Assembly (NCBI GenBank): GCA_052327205.1
Contig: CM126230.1
Span: 29,326,001 to 29,390,000, forward strand
Direction of reading: 5' to 3'
Source of the DNA: Somniosus microcephalus
Lineage: Eukaryota
Length of the DNA: 64,000 nt
The stretch's first letter is position 1. Each line of letters opens with the position of its first letter. The position numbers and the translations under genes were made by a program. Shown one piece after another: positions 37,628 through 50,856 of the stretch. The notes below the pieces were generated by a model, which searched no databases, was not told the origin of the DNA, and saw nothing but the letters and a program-made list of their open reading frames with translations.

Positions 37628-39345
37628 GAACAGTTCTGTCGGCCTCCCTGTTCATGTATTTTTTTTTAAAAATGAAGACTTATTTCCAAATTTAAAAAAA
37701 GCACAGAGAATACAACTTCAGCCTGCTAGTGTCTTCTGCTGACTTTGCCATGCCTGTCAAGATCGACCTTTCAGTCTAGTCTGAGCAGGCACATAGAGAT
37801 TGACATGATTGCCTTTAAGCAGGTCCCTTCTATCGCCATGACAGACAGCTGCACCGAAGCTGCATGCCTGACAGGATGAGCCTCATGATGGATTGCCTGG
37901 TACAACTGCTGCTCATGGGAGGGCAGAGGTCACACCTGAGGTTGAACTGAGCATGCTTATTGCATCACACCAAGTTCTAGAAAGTCACATTAAGCCCTTA
38001 CTCCACTCATTACAATGACTTGTTGTTGAGTAATGGGAAAATTCTGTTCCATTTTATAGATGGCCGTGGACAAGATGAAATGAATAGTCATATTAAACCG
38101 TAAATCCCATTGACTGACCAACATTATTTCAGGGACTTTATCCTGATTTATCTTTTGCCTTATGGGTCTTATTTTGAGGTTGGCAAGATTAAATATCAAC
38201 CCCACTAGATGAGATTCTCTTTTTAACTTTGATCAGTGAGGTTTCACTAACAAAATTGACAACTCTAGCAGGCTGAATAGATTGTACTTATATCTCTGTG
38301 TGTCTTTGACTTTTGATGTATTGAAAACCTAGTCTACCTTTACCGCAACTTTTCTCTTGAGCAGCAGACCATTTCTGAACCGTGATAAGATATTTTTTTA
38401 ATGTCATATTTGCTGTCTCTTACCGAATTTGTGTAGGATTTGCAATTTATCCCCACTGTAAAAGATGGAGAAAAAAATCTTTTGGGGCTCATCCTCTTCT
38501 GTGTTCAAACCCTATTCAGTTGGGGTCAGATCTTTTTGTAGAGACGTTTCCTTTATTTTTAGTGCAAGCAATTACAGCAGCAAAATAATCTGACCGTATT
38601 AAATTCAGTATTTGGACGTTTTGGTGCACATGTTTTTTCTACACTGAAGTGCTGTATTTAGCTACCTGTGTTTTTCTCCCATGGACATGTTGCTGTTTTA
38701 TATTTAACACAGTGACTAAACATTTCGATACACATGTTTTTCTACACAGTACGGTGTTGCATTTGGATACCCTTGTTCGCACTGAGTTTGGTCACGTGTT
38801 TTCTACGCTGTACATTGTTGTGTTTGGATACCTGTGTTTTTCTACAATGGGACATGTTGCTGTTTTATATTCAACACAGTGACTAAACATTTTGATTCAC
38901 ATGCTTTTCTACACAGTACAGCATTGCGGCTTTGTCGTATTTAATGCAGTAACTAAACATTTGGATGCATGTTTTCTCTGCAGAGCTTTTTGCTGTGCCA
39001 TCGTATTTAATACAGATGATGTTCCAAGAATCTCGTTTACAGTTTTTCAGTGGATCCATTGAAAACATTGAGCAATGATAAGTAAAATTTACTGTAAAGC
39101 AGATAGCCTGTCTAAACAATATGAAATTATTGCAAGTATTATTTACATATGCTAAGAATATTATGTTACATTGTTTGGATTTAAAAACTACCAAAGCAGA
39201 ATTCTTAACTTTATTAATCTGTGCCTGACATACGACTAAAATAATTTACATTCCCGTATTTTGCAAATTATGCTTATAGCAGTTTGTTATTTAGCTCTGA
39301 TGGTTGTTTCACTTCTTTATAAAATAAAAGCATTCACTAAATGGT
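37628..39345 (+). other. Probable LRMDA 3' UTR, end uncertain
   Basis: Follows the stop; first AATAAA I spotted is 39323-39328, but earlier ATTAAA variants exist. Confidence 0.35.
38625..38990 (+). repeat. Degenerate tandem repeat with an ~88-bp direct duplication (38665-38752, 38831-38919)
   Basis: Recurrent CATGTTTTTCTACAC and CAGTGACTAAACATTT motifs. Confidence 0.75.
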
Positions 39346-39984
39346 TGGATTCTTTTTGGTCTGGTGAAGGCAGTTTTCGAGCTCATCTTCAAATCTTCCA
39401 GACAGTGTACAAGCTCAGCTGCGGGTAGGGGATTATAAACACATGGATGTTGCCTGAAGTAGGGTGTAGCCATTTCCTGCACGAGCTCTCAAATTGCTGT
39501 TTTAAAAAAAAAATCGTATTTTTTCAATCTATTTTAAGGATACAAAAATGAAGAAATAATTCATGGTGACTGACATTTTCTTCCATAGCATTTTTGATAA
39601 CTGTAAGAAGTTCACTTTTAAGTCTGAGCCCAGATCAATCCAAGTTGAGCCAAATGTGAAGATTTTTAATGTTGACATCATTTAGATGACTCCAATTTCA
39701 ATGAGGTCATCCCTTTAACTATTCCCTTCCCCTCGCACCTCAGAACCTTTAATTATTTGTGCATCCTCCCATCACAGTGAGGCCCTCAACTTGGGCGCAT
39801 CACTGGGAGAAGTGGCAAATAGATACTCAGCACTTGCCCACAGGGACAGAAACATGGCTGCAAGGTCTCCCCAACTGCCCCTGTGCACTTCCTAGGACTC
39901 AACAGTGTGCTAATGGTACAGGCCAGATATCAGCTGGGTCATCAGGCACTTTCTCCAGGGTGGGATGGGGAAAAAGGACCAGTG

Positions 39985-40175
39985 GTTGCATCAGGAAGAA
40001 CTTCTTCACACACGGAGTGATCAGCACCTACAGTGGTCTTCTGGGGAGGGTAGTGAAACTACAATCCTTAGATTCATTGAAGATGCAGTTCGATGATGGG
40101 ATGGGAGGAATGAAACTTTTTTTGGGGATGGATGAGCTAAGATGGGCTGAATGGTCTCCCTCATCTGTGAGTCAT
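39985..40175 (+). mobile_element. CR1 LINE 3' fragment
   Basis: IRKNFFTHGVISTYSGLLGRVV ~ CR1 RKHFFTQRVV..WN.LP..VV; tail GATGGGCTGAATGGTCT. Confidence 0.65.
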
Positions 40176-40989
40176 TCCAAGTTACTATCACAAACTTAGC
40201 AATGGTAAATGTTTACAGAGGGGCATGGATGTAGGTCTGGGAGTTAGATTAGCTGCACATCCTAGTGGATCCTAAAGGGCGGGGGGGAAGGGAGAAAACC
40301 CCCCCGAAATATTAAGTATACTGAAAATGACCTTTTGGGTAAAAATATTTTGTGGAACAGTACTTTGGCTGCATCACCTATTTGTGACTGGGAACCTTCG
40401 ACTTTGCAGAATTAAATAAAACAACACAGTAACATTGTTCAGGGAGGCACAAGGCATGTTACCTTCCCCCCCCCCCCCCTCCGGCTCCTGTACTATGCAT
40501 GGGGCTGGTTGTTAATGAAGGTAATGCAAAAAGCATTAAAATTATGTTTTTTTGTTCCACTATTCCTGGTGTAAACCCCCTTTTCTGTGCCTTTGGCCAA
40601 GCCCAGAAATCAGCAGTGCCAATATCAGTCTAAAAGATTGGGCCCAATGCACCATCTAAAGATTAGCCTTTGTCATGCACACTGGTTGTTTGTCCATGTG
40701 CAATTCATTTCTTAAAGAATCTCCTTACAGAAAATCATTGTTTTTGAAGGTATTGAGAAATCTCCAAATAATAATGAACAAGAATGTTTCCATTTATTTT
40801 CCGTCCATTTATTGTGTGGCATGCCAAGTCTAATTTTAGCTTGAGGCAATGCATGTAAATAACAGTATGCCATTGAGTTTAGTGTGTCTGGTGAACAAAA
40901 TAGGACAGGAAATGTACAATTAGGTTTTTCTTTCATTTGGATTTGAGTTTCTTAAACTATGCAATGCAGACATTAACACCCACTCCCAC

Positions 40990-41370
40990 CAATGGCTAAG
41001 TGTGGTGTGGCATTGAGCCATTCAGATCAGAAAGATACCAGGATTTTGATCCCTGTTCTGTGCTTAGTTAGTTGAATTCAGCCAAAGGCAGTAACGTGGG
41101 CGCACCCTTGGCTTCAGTGTCCTAGGATTAAGAAGGGTGGGGGGTAAAGTTGGCCAAGTCGCTGCAGTATCGTGGACATCAGGCAAAGACAGGATTGAGG
41201 TCAGGTGTGATGTTTCACCACTGCCCCTGTCTGCCCAATTGACTATCTGCCAACACTTAACCCGCACACAAAGGATCACCACTTGGGCCAGGACACAGAG
41301 CGCTGGCACTGCCCATACAGCTGTGGCCCACCTGCATCAGAGTTTAAGCAGAACAGACATAAGGGAAGAA
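40990..41370 (+). mobile_element. Old SINE-like repeat
   Basis: GATCCCTGTTCTGTGCTTAGTTAG... shared with 36350 copy. Confidence 0.55.
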
Positions 41371-43932
41371 AATCAGAGGAAAAATTAAAGAAGAAAAAAA
41401 ATAAACAAAATTGGGAACTAGTCAATTATAAAAGTGACTCCAAAAAAGGCACGGAAGGGTATACGTCAGACACAACTATAGGTTCATGTTTGATGTTAGC
41501 AAACAACTGTGAATAAATCTTGGACCTTTTTATTATTTCCCCCAGCTCATAATTGTTCACGAAGATGTTAATTCGGCCGAATAGTTCCACTGCTATTGAG
41601 ATCAAAATGACCTTCTCCAACTTTTACTTGATAATTTTTATATGGCAAATATTCCACTGAAATGGACAAAGGGCAGGAGCATTAAGGAACTCATGTGTAT
41701 TTGAGTCGTGCTCATCAATCTTTGGAAGCGGCACATCACAAAGGTCAAAGATAGCCTAGCGCTAAATTTTCTGTAGCGCTGCATCCTATGAGAAAATCTG
41801 CACATTTTGCTTTGACATGTTTAAAAAAAAACTTGTTCATTACTGCATACATTTCCAAATGACCATGTTTATTTGTCCGTGTTTTGATATGTTTAGTGGA
41901 TACTTGGAATGACAGTTGGAAGAGGGAGCTGCAACAAGTTTCCCCCCCGACAAAATGTCATCTTTCCCCTGGCTGGGATACAGAAGCATCCTAATGAAAA
42001 GAGCAGACGTTTAAAAGTTTCTGACAGATGTCAGGGACGCTGCCATTGAGCCAGTGCTCCTGATGTAGCTCGAGATGACAGCATCAGAGGGAATGGAGCT
42101 GGCTGCGGGACATTCCGAGTTTGGTACGTGTCGCATTCGATCCTTGTTCACTGGAAGTAGGAATGGAGGGGGGGGGGAAGGTACTTTTTTTTTCATCAGG
42201 CTCAGAGCTGTGGGCTTCAGGGTTGAGTGACAGATATGAACCAGTAGAAAATCCACTGAAAGCAAGGAGCGTATCATGGGCTGACATTCAGATTGATAGC
42301 ACAAGGTGTTTGGGTATTTGGATCGAGTGAGATGTTCTAACTAATCACCATGTGTGCAGAGTTAGCAGCATTCTGTACCTGTAGATATCAGCAAAGACTG
42401 GCTCAGGATGAACTCACTCGAAGGAAAGAAAAAGCGCCTATTTCTGGAAAGGTTTCAGATGAGCAGCATTTGTCATTGAGGGGGAGATGAGTGTAATTAG
42501 CTTGTCAGTCTAGTTTGGGCTGAGTTGGCTTGCAGTGGTAAGAAAGATGGACTGACTGCCAGAAGAGCTGACAGCCAGTCGATAATGCAGCAATTAATGT
42601 CATAAATAATTCTGGAACCAATTATATCAAAATGGACTCCATGCTTTGAAAAGGAACAGTATTCCCTTATCATTTCTCCTAACAGCAGAAACAGCTTTCA
42701 TTTTTCTCAGTAATTACTTCTTATTCTACACTGCAATACAATGGTTCTGTTCTTGCTACAATTTGGATTTTTTTCCCCTCACAAATACATTTTAAAAAAC
42801 AAAATGATAAAACACAGTACAGCACAATCCGGTGTAATGAAATCAGTAAACTCCCTGCTACATCCAATTGGGAAACAATTGAGGGGGGGGGGACCTTTTG
42901 TGAAATGCTATTTGGCATAAGCTTAGATAGGTAAAAAAAAAATCACTTAACAGTGACATTTGGAAATGAAGACATTTATGAAAGAAATGGATTTGTCTTG
43001 ATATTTTAGAGGTTGCTGTAGCATTGCTAACACGCCTGCTAACACCACAGCTATTGATTTCTTTTTTCTCATTGTAGGAATCTGAAAGCAAGATAAGACA
43101 ATTCCCCATATACCAGAGCACAATAGCAGGAGGTGACTGAAGAAAGTGTCCCTTTTCCCTTAAAGGCTACCTATGATTATTCTGGTCCCTCAGTATTGAC
43201 AGCCTACAATGCTGAAGGTCATTGGAGGAGACTCGGAATATCTGTGTCACATGATTTTTGTTCTTGTTGTTGTCACACAGCATTAATCTTCCAGACTGCG
43301 TGTTTCACAGTGTCAGTAATATGGAAGAAAATATTGGTTAAATACATCTAGTATATTTATAAGCTGCTGAAGGTCAAACTTGATATAATATACTGTTCAA
43401 GTAGTCGTGGCTCAAGGTCACTGCGGTTTCCTGTTCATAATGTATGAATATTGAAAGTCTCACAGACTCCAATCAGCCGACCTGAACCTTGGAACAAAAA
43501 TTTTACTAAGTAAATCAGTACATGTTCTGGCACTTCTATTAACCTCTAATACACTGCTGACAGTAAATGAGTAATGATAAATAATATGACGTGGTTGCAA
43601 ATCACTTTTAGTACCATGGGCAAAAGAACTGTACTGGCATGCAACCATCTGTTAGCACTTAAGCTTTATTTTTTTTACTGGTAAAATTAAACTATATTTC
43701 GAGCAAGGAATGGCTAATAACAAATGAAAAGAAAGCTTAATAAATTAGCTTTAACCTCTGGAGGGCTACAGTTACGAATTTGTTTCAGATTATTTAGATC
43801 TTAGCTGTGCGAGTAAGGGAGCACAGTTCTGTGTGGACATCCAATTCAGCATTTATCACTGGAATTCAGAAACAAGATTTTTTGCCATTCAGGACATAAC
43901 ACAATAGAAAATATCTTCGAAAAAATGGGGGG

Positions 43933-44110
43933 AAAAGACTTGAGTTTATACGGTGCTTTTCACAGCCTCAGGACATCCTAAAAGTGTTTTACAACCAATT
44001 AAGTACTTTTGAAGTGTAGTCACTGTTATAATGTAGGAAACACTGTTGTAATGCAGCCAATTTGTGCACAGCAAGCTCCCACAAACAGCAATGTGATAAT
44101 GACCAGATAA
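43933..44110 (-). mobile_element. DeuSINE 3' part
   Basis: GCAGCCAATTTGTGCACAGCAAGCTCCCACAAACAGC as in the other copies. Confidence 0.75.
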
Positions 44111-44294
44111 TATAAGAAAATACAACAGGTAGAGTACAGTGTGTTGTAGCCAAAATCCATCTGTGATCATATTAATCTGGATCATTATTTTTTCACCTGG
44201 CGCGAAGTATGTCTTTCCCTCTCCCCTCCCCACAGAAACATCCTGATTGTGTCCTTAGAACAATTTCCAAAGTTTTTTTTTGGATTAACAGACT

Positions 44295-44570
44295 GGTAGC
44301 CTGGTAGTCTAACAGTGCAGAGGCTACGAGTTCAAATCCCACCAGGGCAAGTTGTGAAATTAAATTCAATAAACCTGGTAATTTGTGAGCTAGTACCAGA
44401 AAATGACCATTAAAGCTGCCAGATTGTCATAAAAACCCAACTGACTCAATAATGTCCTTCAAGGAAGGGATACTGCTACCCCACTTGGTCTGTCCTACAA
44501 GTGACACGAGTCTCACACTATGTGGTTGACCCTTAACATCCTCAGGGCAAATAGGCAGCTGTAATAAATA
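44295..44570 (+). mobile_element. tRNA-derived SINE (third family)
   Basis: A/B-box-like TAGCCTGGTAGTCTAA...GAGTTCAAATCCC; tail weakly similar to LINE end at 60800. Confidence 0.5.
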
Positions 44571-44609
44571 ATGTTGTGCTATTTGTTCTTGGAAACAAAA
44601 CCCTTTATT

Positions 44610-45353
44610 GGCCCAGAAATTCGGGTCTCCACGGGTGAGTACGCACGGGGTACTCACCCGTAGGCATGATGGAAGCGCTGGTTTCCTGTATGCACTGCGC
44701 ATGCATGGGAAACCAGCACTTCCGTTCCTCTGAACGAAGGGGTTCAGAGGTCGAACGCGTGCGCGGGGGAGTCTGCGTGTGCACTTTGAACTTATGTTTT
44801 TTTTACAGGTTTTTCCGTGAGGGTAAGTCTTTAGAATTTAGAAATTTAAAAAGCAGGCGTAAGGCCTGCTTTTTACAAGGTAAGTGGTCAATTAATTAAA
44901 ATTAAAACATTTTTTCCACAGGTTTATTATTTTTAAATACTTTAAAGCAAGGTAAGTTTATTTTTAGCCCCGTTAGAATATAAAATTATTTTTTTCAAAA
45001 ATTTAAATTATTGTTTAAAATAGTTATTTAATGTAATTTATAGTTTATTTAAAAAATGTGATTTTTTTTTTTACATTTATTTGAAGGTTTACTGTTATTT
45101 TGGGGCCGTAGTATTTATAAGTCTTGACAGCACTTCCTGTCAAGACTGATGAATGGGCATTTCCCTGCTCCGATTGGCTGCCCATGGCCCACATGATCCC
45201 AGGGGATGCATCGAACTAACTGCGCCCCTGGGATATGCAAGCACTGCGCACCGGCAGCTGGGCCGGGCCCTACAGCTCAACTGCCGGCACGCGAGGTAAG
45301 TGCAGGTCAGGGTCTTGCACCCATGGGAAGCCCCCGACCCGAATTTCTGGGCC
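44610..45353 (+). mobile_element. Non-autonomous Harbinger-type element, family B
   Basis: Perfect TIR GGCCCAGAAATTCGGG / CCCGAATTTCTGGGCC; AT-rich core; homologous to 61679-62405. Confidence 0.85.
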
Positions 45354-45573
45354 AATATATTTATATAATATATACCTACAATAGCATATTACTATTTTGC
45401 AGAAGCATATCAGGCAAAAATGGGTGGCGAGCAAAATAAAGAGATAGCGAGGAGGGGTTGGTGAAAAACTTGGTCATCTGGACATTGCCTCATCTGTGCT
45501 TGTGGTTTCCCTCAACAGCCCAGCAGGTATCACACGTTGGTATTGTGGGGCCATCAAGGGCACACTTGTGTCG

Positions 45574-46049
45574 AAAAGAAAGAAAGAAATACTTGCATTT
45601 ATATAGTGCCATTCACGACCTCAGGACATCCGAAAGCACTTTACAACCATTGAAGTACTTTTGAAGTGCAGTCACTGTTGTAATGTAGGAAACGCGGCAG
45701 CCAATTTGTGCACAGCAAGCTCCCACAAACAGCAATGAGTTAATGACCAGCTAATTTTTTTTTAGTGATGTTGGTTGAAGGATAAATATTGGGCAGGACA
45801 TTGGGAAGAACTCCCCTGCTCTTCTTTGAAATAGTGCCATGCGATCTTTTATATCCACCTGAGGGGGCAGACAGGGCCTGAGTTTAACGTCTCAACTGAA
45901 AGACGGCACCTCTGGCAGTGCAGCACTCCTTCAGTACTGCACTGGAGTGACGGCCTAGATTTTGTGCTCAAGGCTCTGGAGTGGGACTTGAACCCACAAC
46001 CTTCTGACTCAGAGGTGAGAGTGCTACCCACTGAGCCACAGCTGACACA
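45574..46049 (-). mobile_element. DeuSINE (SacSINE1-like), full length
   Basis: Head TGTCAGCTGTGGCTCAGTGG with B box, Deu domain, (TTTC)n tail. Confidence 0.85.
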
Positions 46050-46964
46050 TTATTATATATTGGTCTACGGCTCATCATATTAGTGCACTATTGGGTTGTT
46101 GGCAGAGCAGTACCACTCTATTGTAGTTCAAGCAGGCACCGTCATCGGGAGTTTCTGACTTGCTTATTATGGGCTAGTATTGTGACTGCCTTCATGCAGA
46201 ATATTTGACAAATGTTTCTGTTTGAGAGGGAAAAGAGGATAAATAAATGAAAAAAATGTTTACCAAACATGCCTTTTTCCAAATAATTTCATAACTCAAA
46301 AGGCTTGATTCCCTTCCATGTTAACATCACACAGTTAAATTTATTTCAGTTTTATTTTAATAAACCCACTGCAGATGTGGGCTCCTCTGTCATGTTTGAT
46401 GATGTCTGCCATGTTGTATCTATTGGCAACAGTTTAGGCTGTTGTAAACTGGTACCATAATCTCTCACCTCCTTATCCTTCCGTGGGGTGGTGGGCCCTC
46501 TTAAATCTATCACTATATTTGGATGCTTGCAGTCGTGGACAGCTCGATTTTTATTCCACGCAAGCTGTCTTGGACATCTGTTATTTTCATCAAGGCAAAA
46601 AATTTTGCATGGGTTGCATCATCAGCAAGAAAATGAAATAAAGAATGGCGATATGACAAATAAAATATTTCTGCTTTATAGACATTTATGTCATTGCTTT
46701 CTTTAGGCATAAACAGACCCACAAAATTTCATTGCAGTCATGCAGGTGCTTGGCCTCTCATCTGGTGTGCTGAAATCTTGAAAATGTGTGCCAGAATGAA
46801 CAGTATTCTGTGAGCCCAATAAACACACGCGGTTCTGATGCACAGGGTAGAGTGTTCAAATTATTCCGACTTTTTTGTAGTTTCACAGTTTTATTTTCAG
46901 TTGTCTCATTTTCCCCACCCCTCTCCCAAAGGTAGTGACACCTGAGGGCATAACATAGTATGAC

Positions 46965-47270
46965 CTAGTATCACATAGTATTTACAGCATAGCAACAGGC
47001 CGTTCAGCCCAACTGTGGCCCGTGCTGGTGTTTATGCTTCACACGAGCCTCCTCCTGCCCTTCTACATGTCACCCGATCAACATATCTTTCTATTCCTTT
47101 CTCCCTCATGTACTTATCTAGCTTTCTCTTAAGTGCATCTATGCTATTTGCCTCAACTACTCCCTCTGGTAGTGAGTTCCTCATTCAAACTGCTCTCTGG
47201 TAATGAAGTTTCTCCTGAATTCCTTATTGGATTTATTAGTGACTATCTTACATTTATGACCCTAGTTCTG
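46965..47270 (-). mobile_element. CR1 LINE 3' fragment
   Basis: Plus strand ACAGGCCGTTCAGCCC...AAGTTTCTCCTGAAT is the reverse of a CR1 ORF2 end and tail. Confidence 0.65.
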
Positions 47271-50036
47271 TACATTTGTACAGGCACCAAGGGCTCTTTA
47301 GTATCTTGACCATTGGCAATCCATCCGGTTTGAGCTCGACAGTGAATGTTGCTCTGCTGATCAACTGCAGTGGGCATCATGGCCAAGCCTCATCCTAAAA
47401 TGATCTGAGTTCCCTGGCATAGGTCGCTGGATTGAAATTGGGATCCTGGCTGAATTCTTTTTATCCCCCCGCCACTTTCCTATCCCAAGACTCTGAAGCA
47501 CTTCTACCGCCAGGTCAACGCAGACTAGCAATTGACCCCATGACCTTTGTGGCCTGACCAGTGCCATATCACACAGGGTGGTGATTTTACCAAGAGAGCA
47601 ATCGGGGAAGCCATTTCCACCATTGTAACCAAAGCTAGATGTATTCCTTTGTTTACGCACCACTATTGTACTGTAAATGGGTTTCTGTGGAAAGTAAGCC
47701 TTAAAATGTTACCATATGCTTGTATTATATGAATTTTTCTTTGCAGTACTTCGCAGTAGCTTTATAACTGTTCAATAAAGGCCGTTTGCTTTGAAGAGTA
47801 TATAAACGAGATTGGATTTCTGCCTTATTTCCTGTCGACAGTGCTGTGTGGAAATTCTTCCACAAAATCCTACAGGGCATCAAAGACAGGAATAAGGTGG
47901 AAACACAATCCATTGTGTGCCTCGAGAAGTTCACCTTCCGTACATGTCCAGTTCACTTTCAGTACACGCACGGGTCACCTTCAGTACACATACATTATAG
48001 CTAGCGCGCACAAAAATACACTGGGCAAAGTTGGGGTGGGGGAGGGGCGCGGGTGGCGGTGTGGAATGTTTTCCTGGGTGTGAAAGATTCATAACCGCTG
48101 AATAATAAAGTCCATCCACCATTTCCAGCCCAGTCTGATGCTGCTTCTGTCTTTCTGTTTGTCTCCTTTTAAGAAGCCAATTGTTTGAAATGTTGCACAG
48201 TGCGAGGTAAACTTTACTGGCCCGCTCCTCTGTCTACAGGCCACTGCTCTGAGTGTTAATAACGAGCTCACAGACACCCACAAACAGACCTTATTATTTT
48301 TTCACAGGCACAATTGTTTCACTTTCAATGCAACAAAATAACATTCTGCTGTTGAGAAATTGTTACAAGTAGAAAGTTGAATTTGGACTGTCTGTTAATT
48401 GCGAAAGCGTGGAATTGTATTTGAAAGCTGAGATAACGATTTATTACTACAGAAGGATCAATTGCCTCAAATTATAGAACAACTGGACTAAAACAGCACA
48501 ATATGGTCATTGTACAGTGTGAAGTAAATAACAATAGCATCTCTACATACTGCCGTAGGATCTTCAATTCAGAGAGCTCACGAGGCGAACAAACACCTAT
48601 GCTTATCACCCGTTGTGGAAAATTACTAGCAGTTAGGAGTTTTCATAGGCACAGTGCTGAACATGCCCCCGGGCAGTGTTGCTTCACTGATGGAGATGCA
48701 TCTACTGCAGCATAGTGCATGTTGCGCCGTGTTTAACATTAAACTGGCCTGGAGCTCTATTTCAGTTTGTCTTGAGTTTAAATGCAAACACTGAAAAGCT
48801 TGCTGGAAACAATGACATTTATTCACATTATCAGTCGCCACGAGGGTCTTTGAGGGAGACTGTTATTTCTTCCGCGTATACAGGAAGCAACTGCCCCCTG
48901 GAGGTGAAGGTTGCTTATAATGAAGAGCGTGTGATTGTGGCTGTGCTCTGACAATGTCCAGTTATGGATTATCTGAAGCTGGCTTTGTTACAGGATCAGC
49001 GCTGTTCAAAACTTGGCTCCATGCACTGGCAGTTCTATGATGATTTAACTTAAATATACTAGTTAGGAGTAAAATAAACCTTGTGTGGTCTTCGTGGCTG
49101 TCTTACATCAATAATTATCTCCTGAAAGTCAAGATTACGATGCGTTAAAATATATATAGAGAGAGAGAGAGACAAAGTGGTTATACACAGCAAGCTAAAC
49201 TAGTGCTGCAATATAGTGATGATTCAGTAACTTGTATTACAAACGGAAAAAGCGACAAGACATATCAATATAAATAAACTACCCTGAAAATCTGCCAGAT
49301 TATAAAAACACAGGATTAAGTAGACTTGGTTTAACAAGTCACTGTTGCATTGTATATGTTATGAACAATGTCATGTGCATATCCAGGCTCCAATCTATGT
49401 TTTTCCTTACAACCCACACACATCACTTTTGAAAAACCAGGAAATTAATACTCATTTTACAGACCATTCACATTTCAGCTTGTCCTGCAATACATCCAAA
49501 TCTAATAAAAACAGTGATATAATAGTCCACCGTGTGTTTGATGGAAAGTAAACCTTTATTCTTTGCAGGAGGTTCAAACATCTGTTCAGCTCCAGAAGAA
49601 TTAAAAGTGAGGTTTATCTCTTTATTTTAGGTAGAATACAATTGCAAATATTTAGACCGGTTTCACTTAAAAGAAAAAAAACTGTCTCCATCATTTTCCT
49701 TTCTGAGATTAACAGCACAATTAACAGCTCAGTTATAAATCCTGTAATGCTTTCAAACCGTTTCGACTGCCAAACACCTCTTAAATAGCTACTAAAAATG
49801 AGACACTAACAGGACATGATCTCCAACTACACTATCCCCCAGAAGTCAATAAATGTCCACACTGCGTTCCACTTTAATCCCCATTACAGTCCATGGGCTT
49901 AGTTCTATCCAAGAATTTAAGTTATTGTGTATAAATTTAACACTATTTGATTTTCCTAATTATATTTTGAGTGTACCTGATTAATGTAAACTTAACTCAT
50001 ATACAACATGTACAGTGTGTGTGTGTAAGTAAGGAG

Positions 50037-50293
50037 TGTTGTGTATGTAATATGTGTGCTACTTTGAACCTATGGACAGGACTGCACTACTTGTTGGGCG
50101 TAGTGATACGCAGTACCACTCCTGGCCATAGGGGTATAAATAGTACTGTGGGTACTGATCTCCCCTCAGTTCCCGCCTGTGGGCATGAAGTAAAGACCTA
50201 TGTATAGTCCCTACCTCTAACCAGTAAAGACCTGTTTTATTGTTACTGATTAAGTCTGAGTATTAATTACTTGAACAACTCACAGATTTAACA
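50037..50293 (+). repeat. 5' LTR
   Basis: Identical to 53366-53622; TATAAATA 50135-50142; AGTAAA at 50189 and 50223. Confidence 0.95.
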
Positions 50294-50294
50294 C

Positions 50295-50304
50295 TGGCGA
50301 CGAG
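50295..50304 (+). promoter_or_regulatory. Primer-binding site, tRNA-Ser
   Basis: TGGCGACGAG, complementary to the tRNA-Ser(GCT) 3' end ...CTCGTCGCCA (from memory); typical of Mag elements. Confidence 0.85.
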
Positions 50305-50856
50305 TCTGATTCGGACCCTGCGGCAGTCACTCCACGGCAGCTTCGTCCACAGCCAGGACGTTGCAGAGAGGTTTCCACCCTCTCCACCCCACTGGAAGAC
50401 ATCCTGACCTCGGAGCCTCCATCGGCGACCGTCAGCTTCTTCTCCAGCTTGGTGGTGGGTAAGCCGTTGTCTGAGCCGGGCAGCGACGCGACAGGCAGTC
50501 GACCGCGTTGGCCGCACGAACGGGGCTGGGGGAGCTGGAGGAATAGGGCGCGAGAGCCGCTTCGAGCGGGAGGCGTTTCAACAGAGCGATCGCATCTCCT
50601 GATAAGAGCCGAGAGCCGCTTCGCGATCCAGCGATCGCATCCGCTGATAAGGGCCGCACTCGGGCGATCGCAGCGAAGATAAGGGCCGCACTCGGGGGCT
50701 GAAGGGAGACGGCGTTGGGGGACGGGTGAAGACCGCCAAGCGCGGGAAAACCGCCATTTTGTGGGCGGAGGACGACGGCAAGAGCGGGAAGCCGCCATCT
50801 TGGATAGCAGTAAAAAAAATAAAATCTGAGAAATTGCAAATCTGATAAGTACTACA

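Noticed and set aside
37548-37742. 64-aa ORF in the track at the LRMDA exon
   Set aside because: Wrong frame; the conserved peptide is in the phase-1 frame ending at 37627
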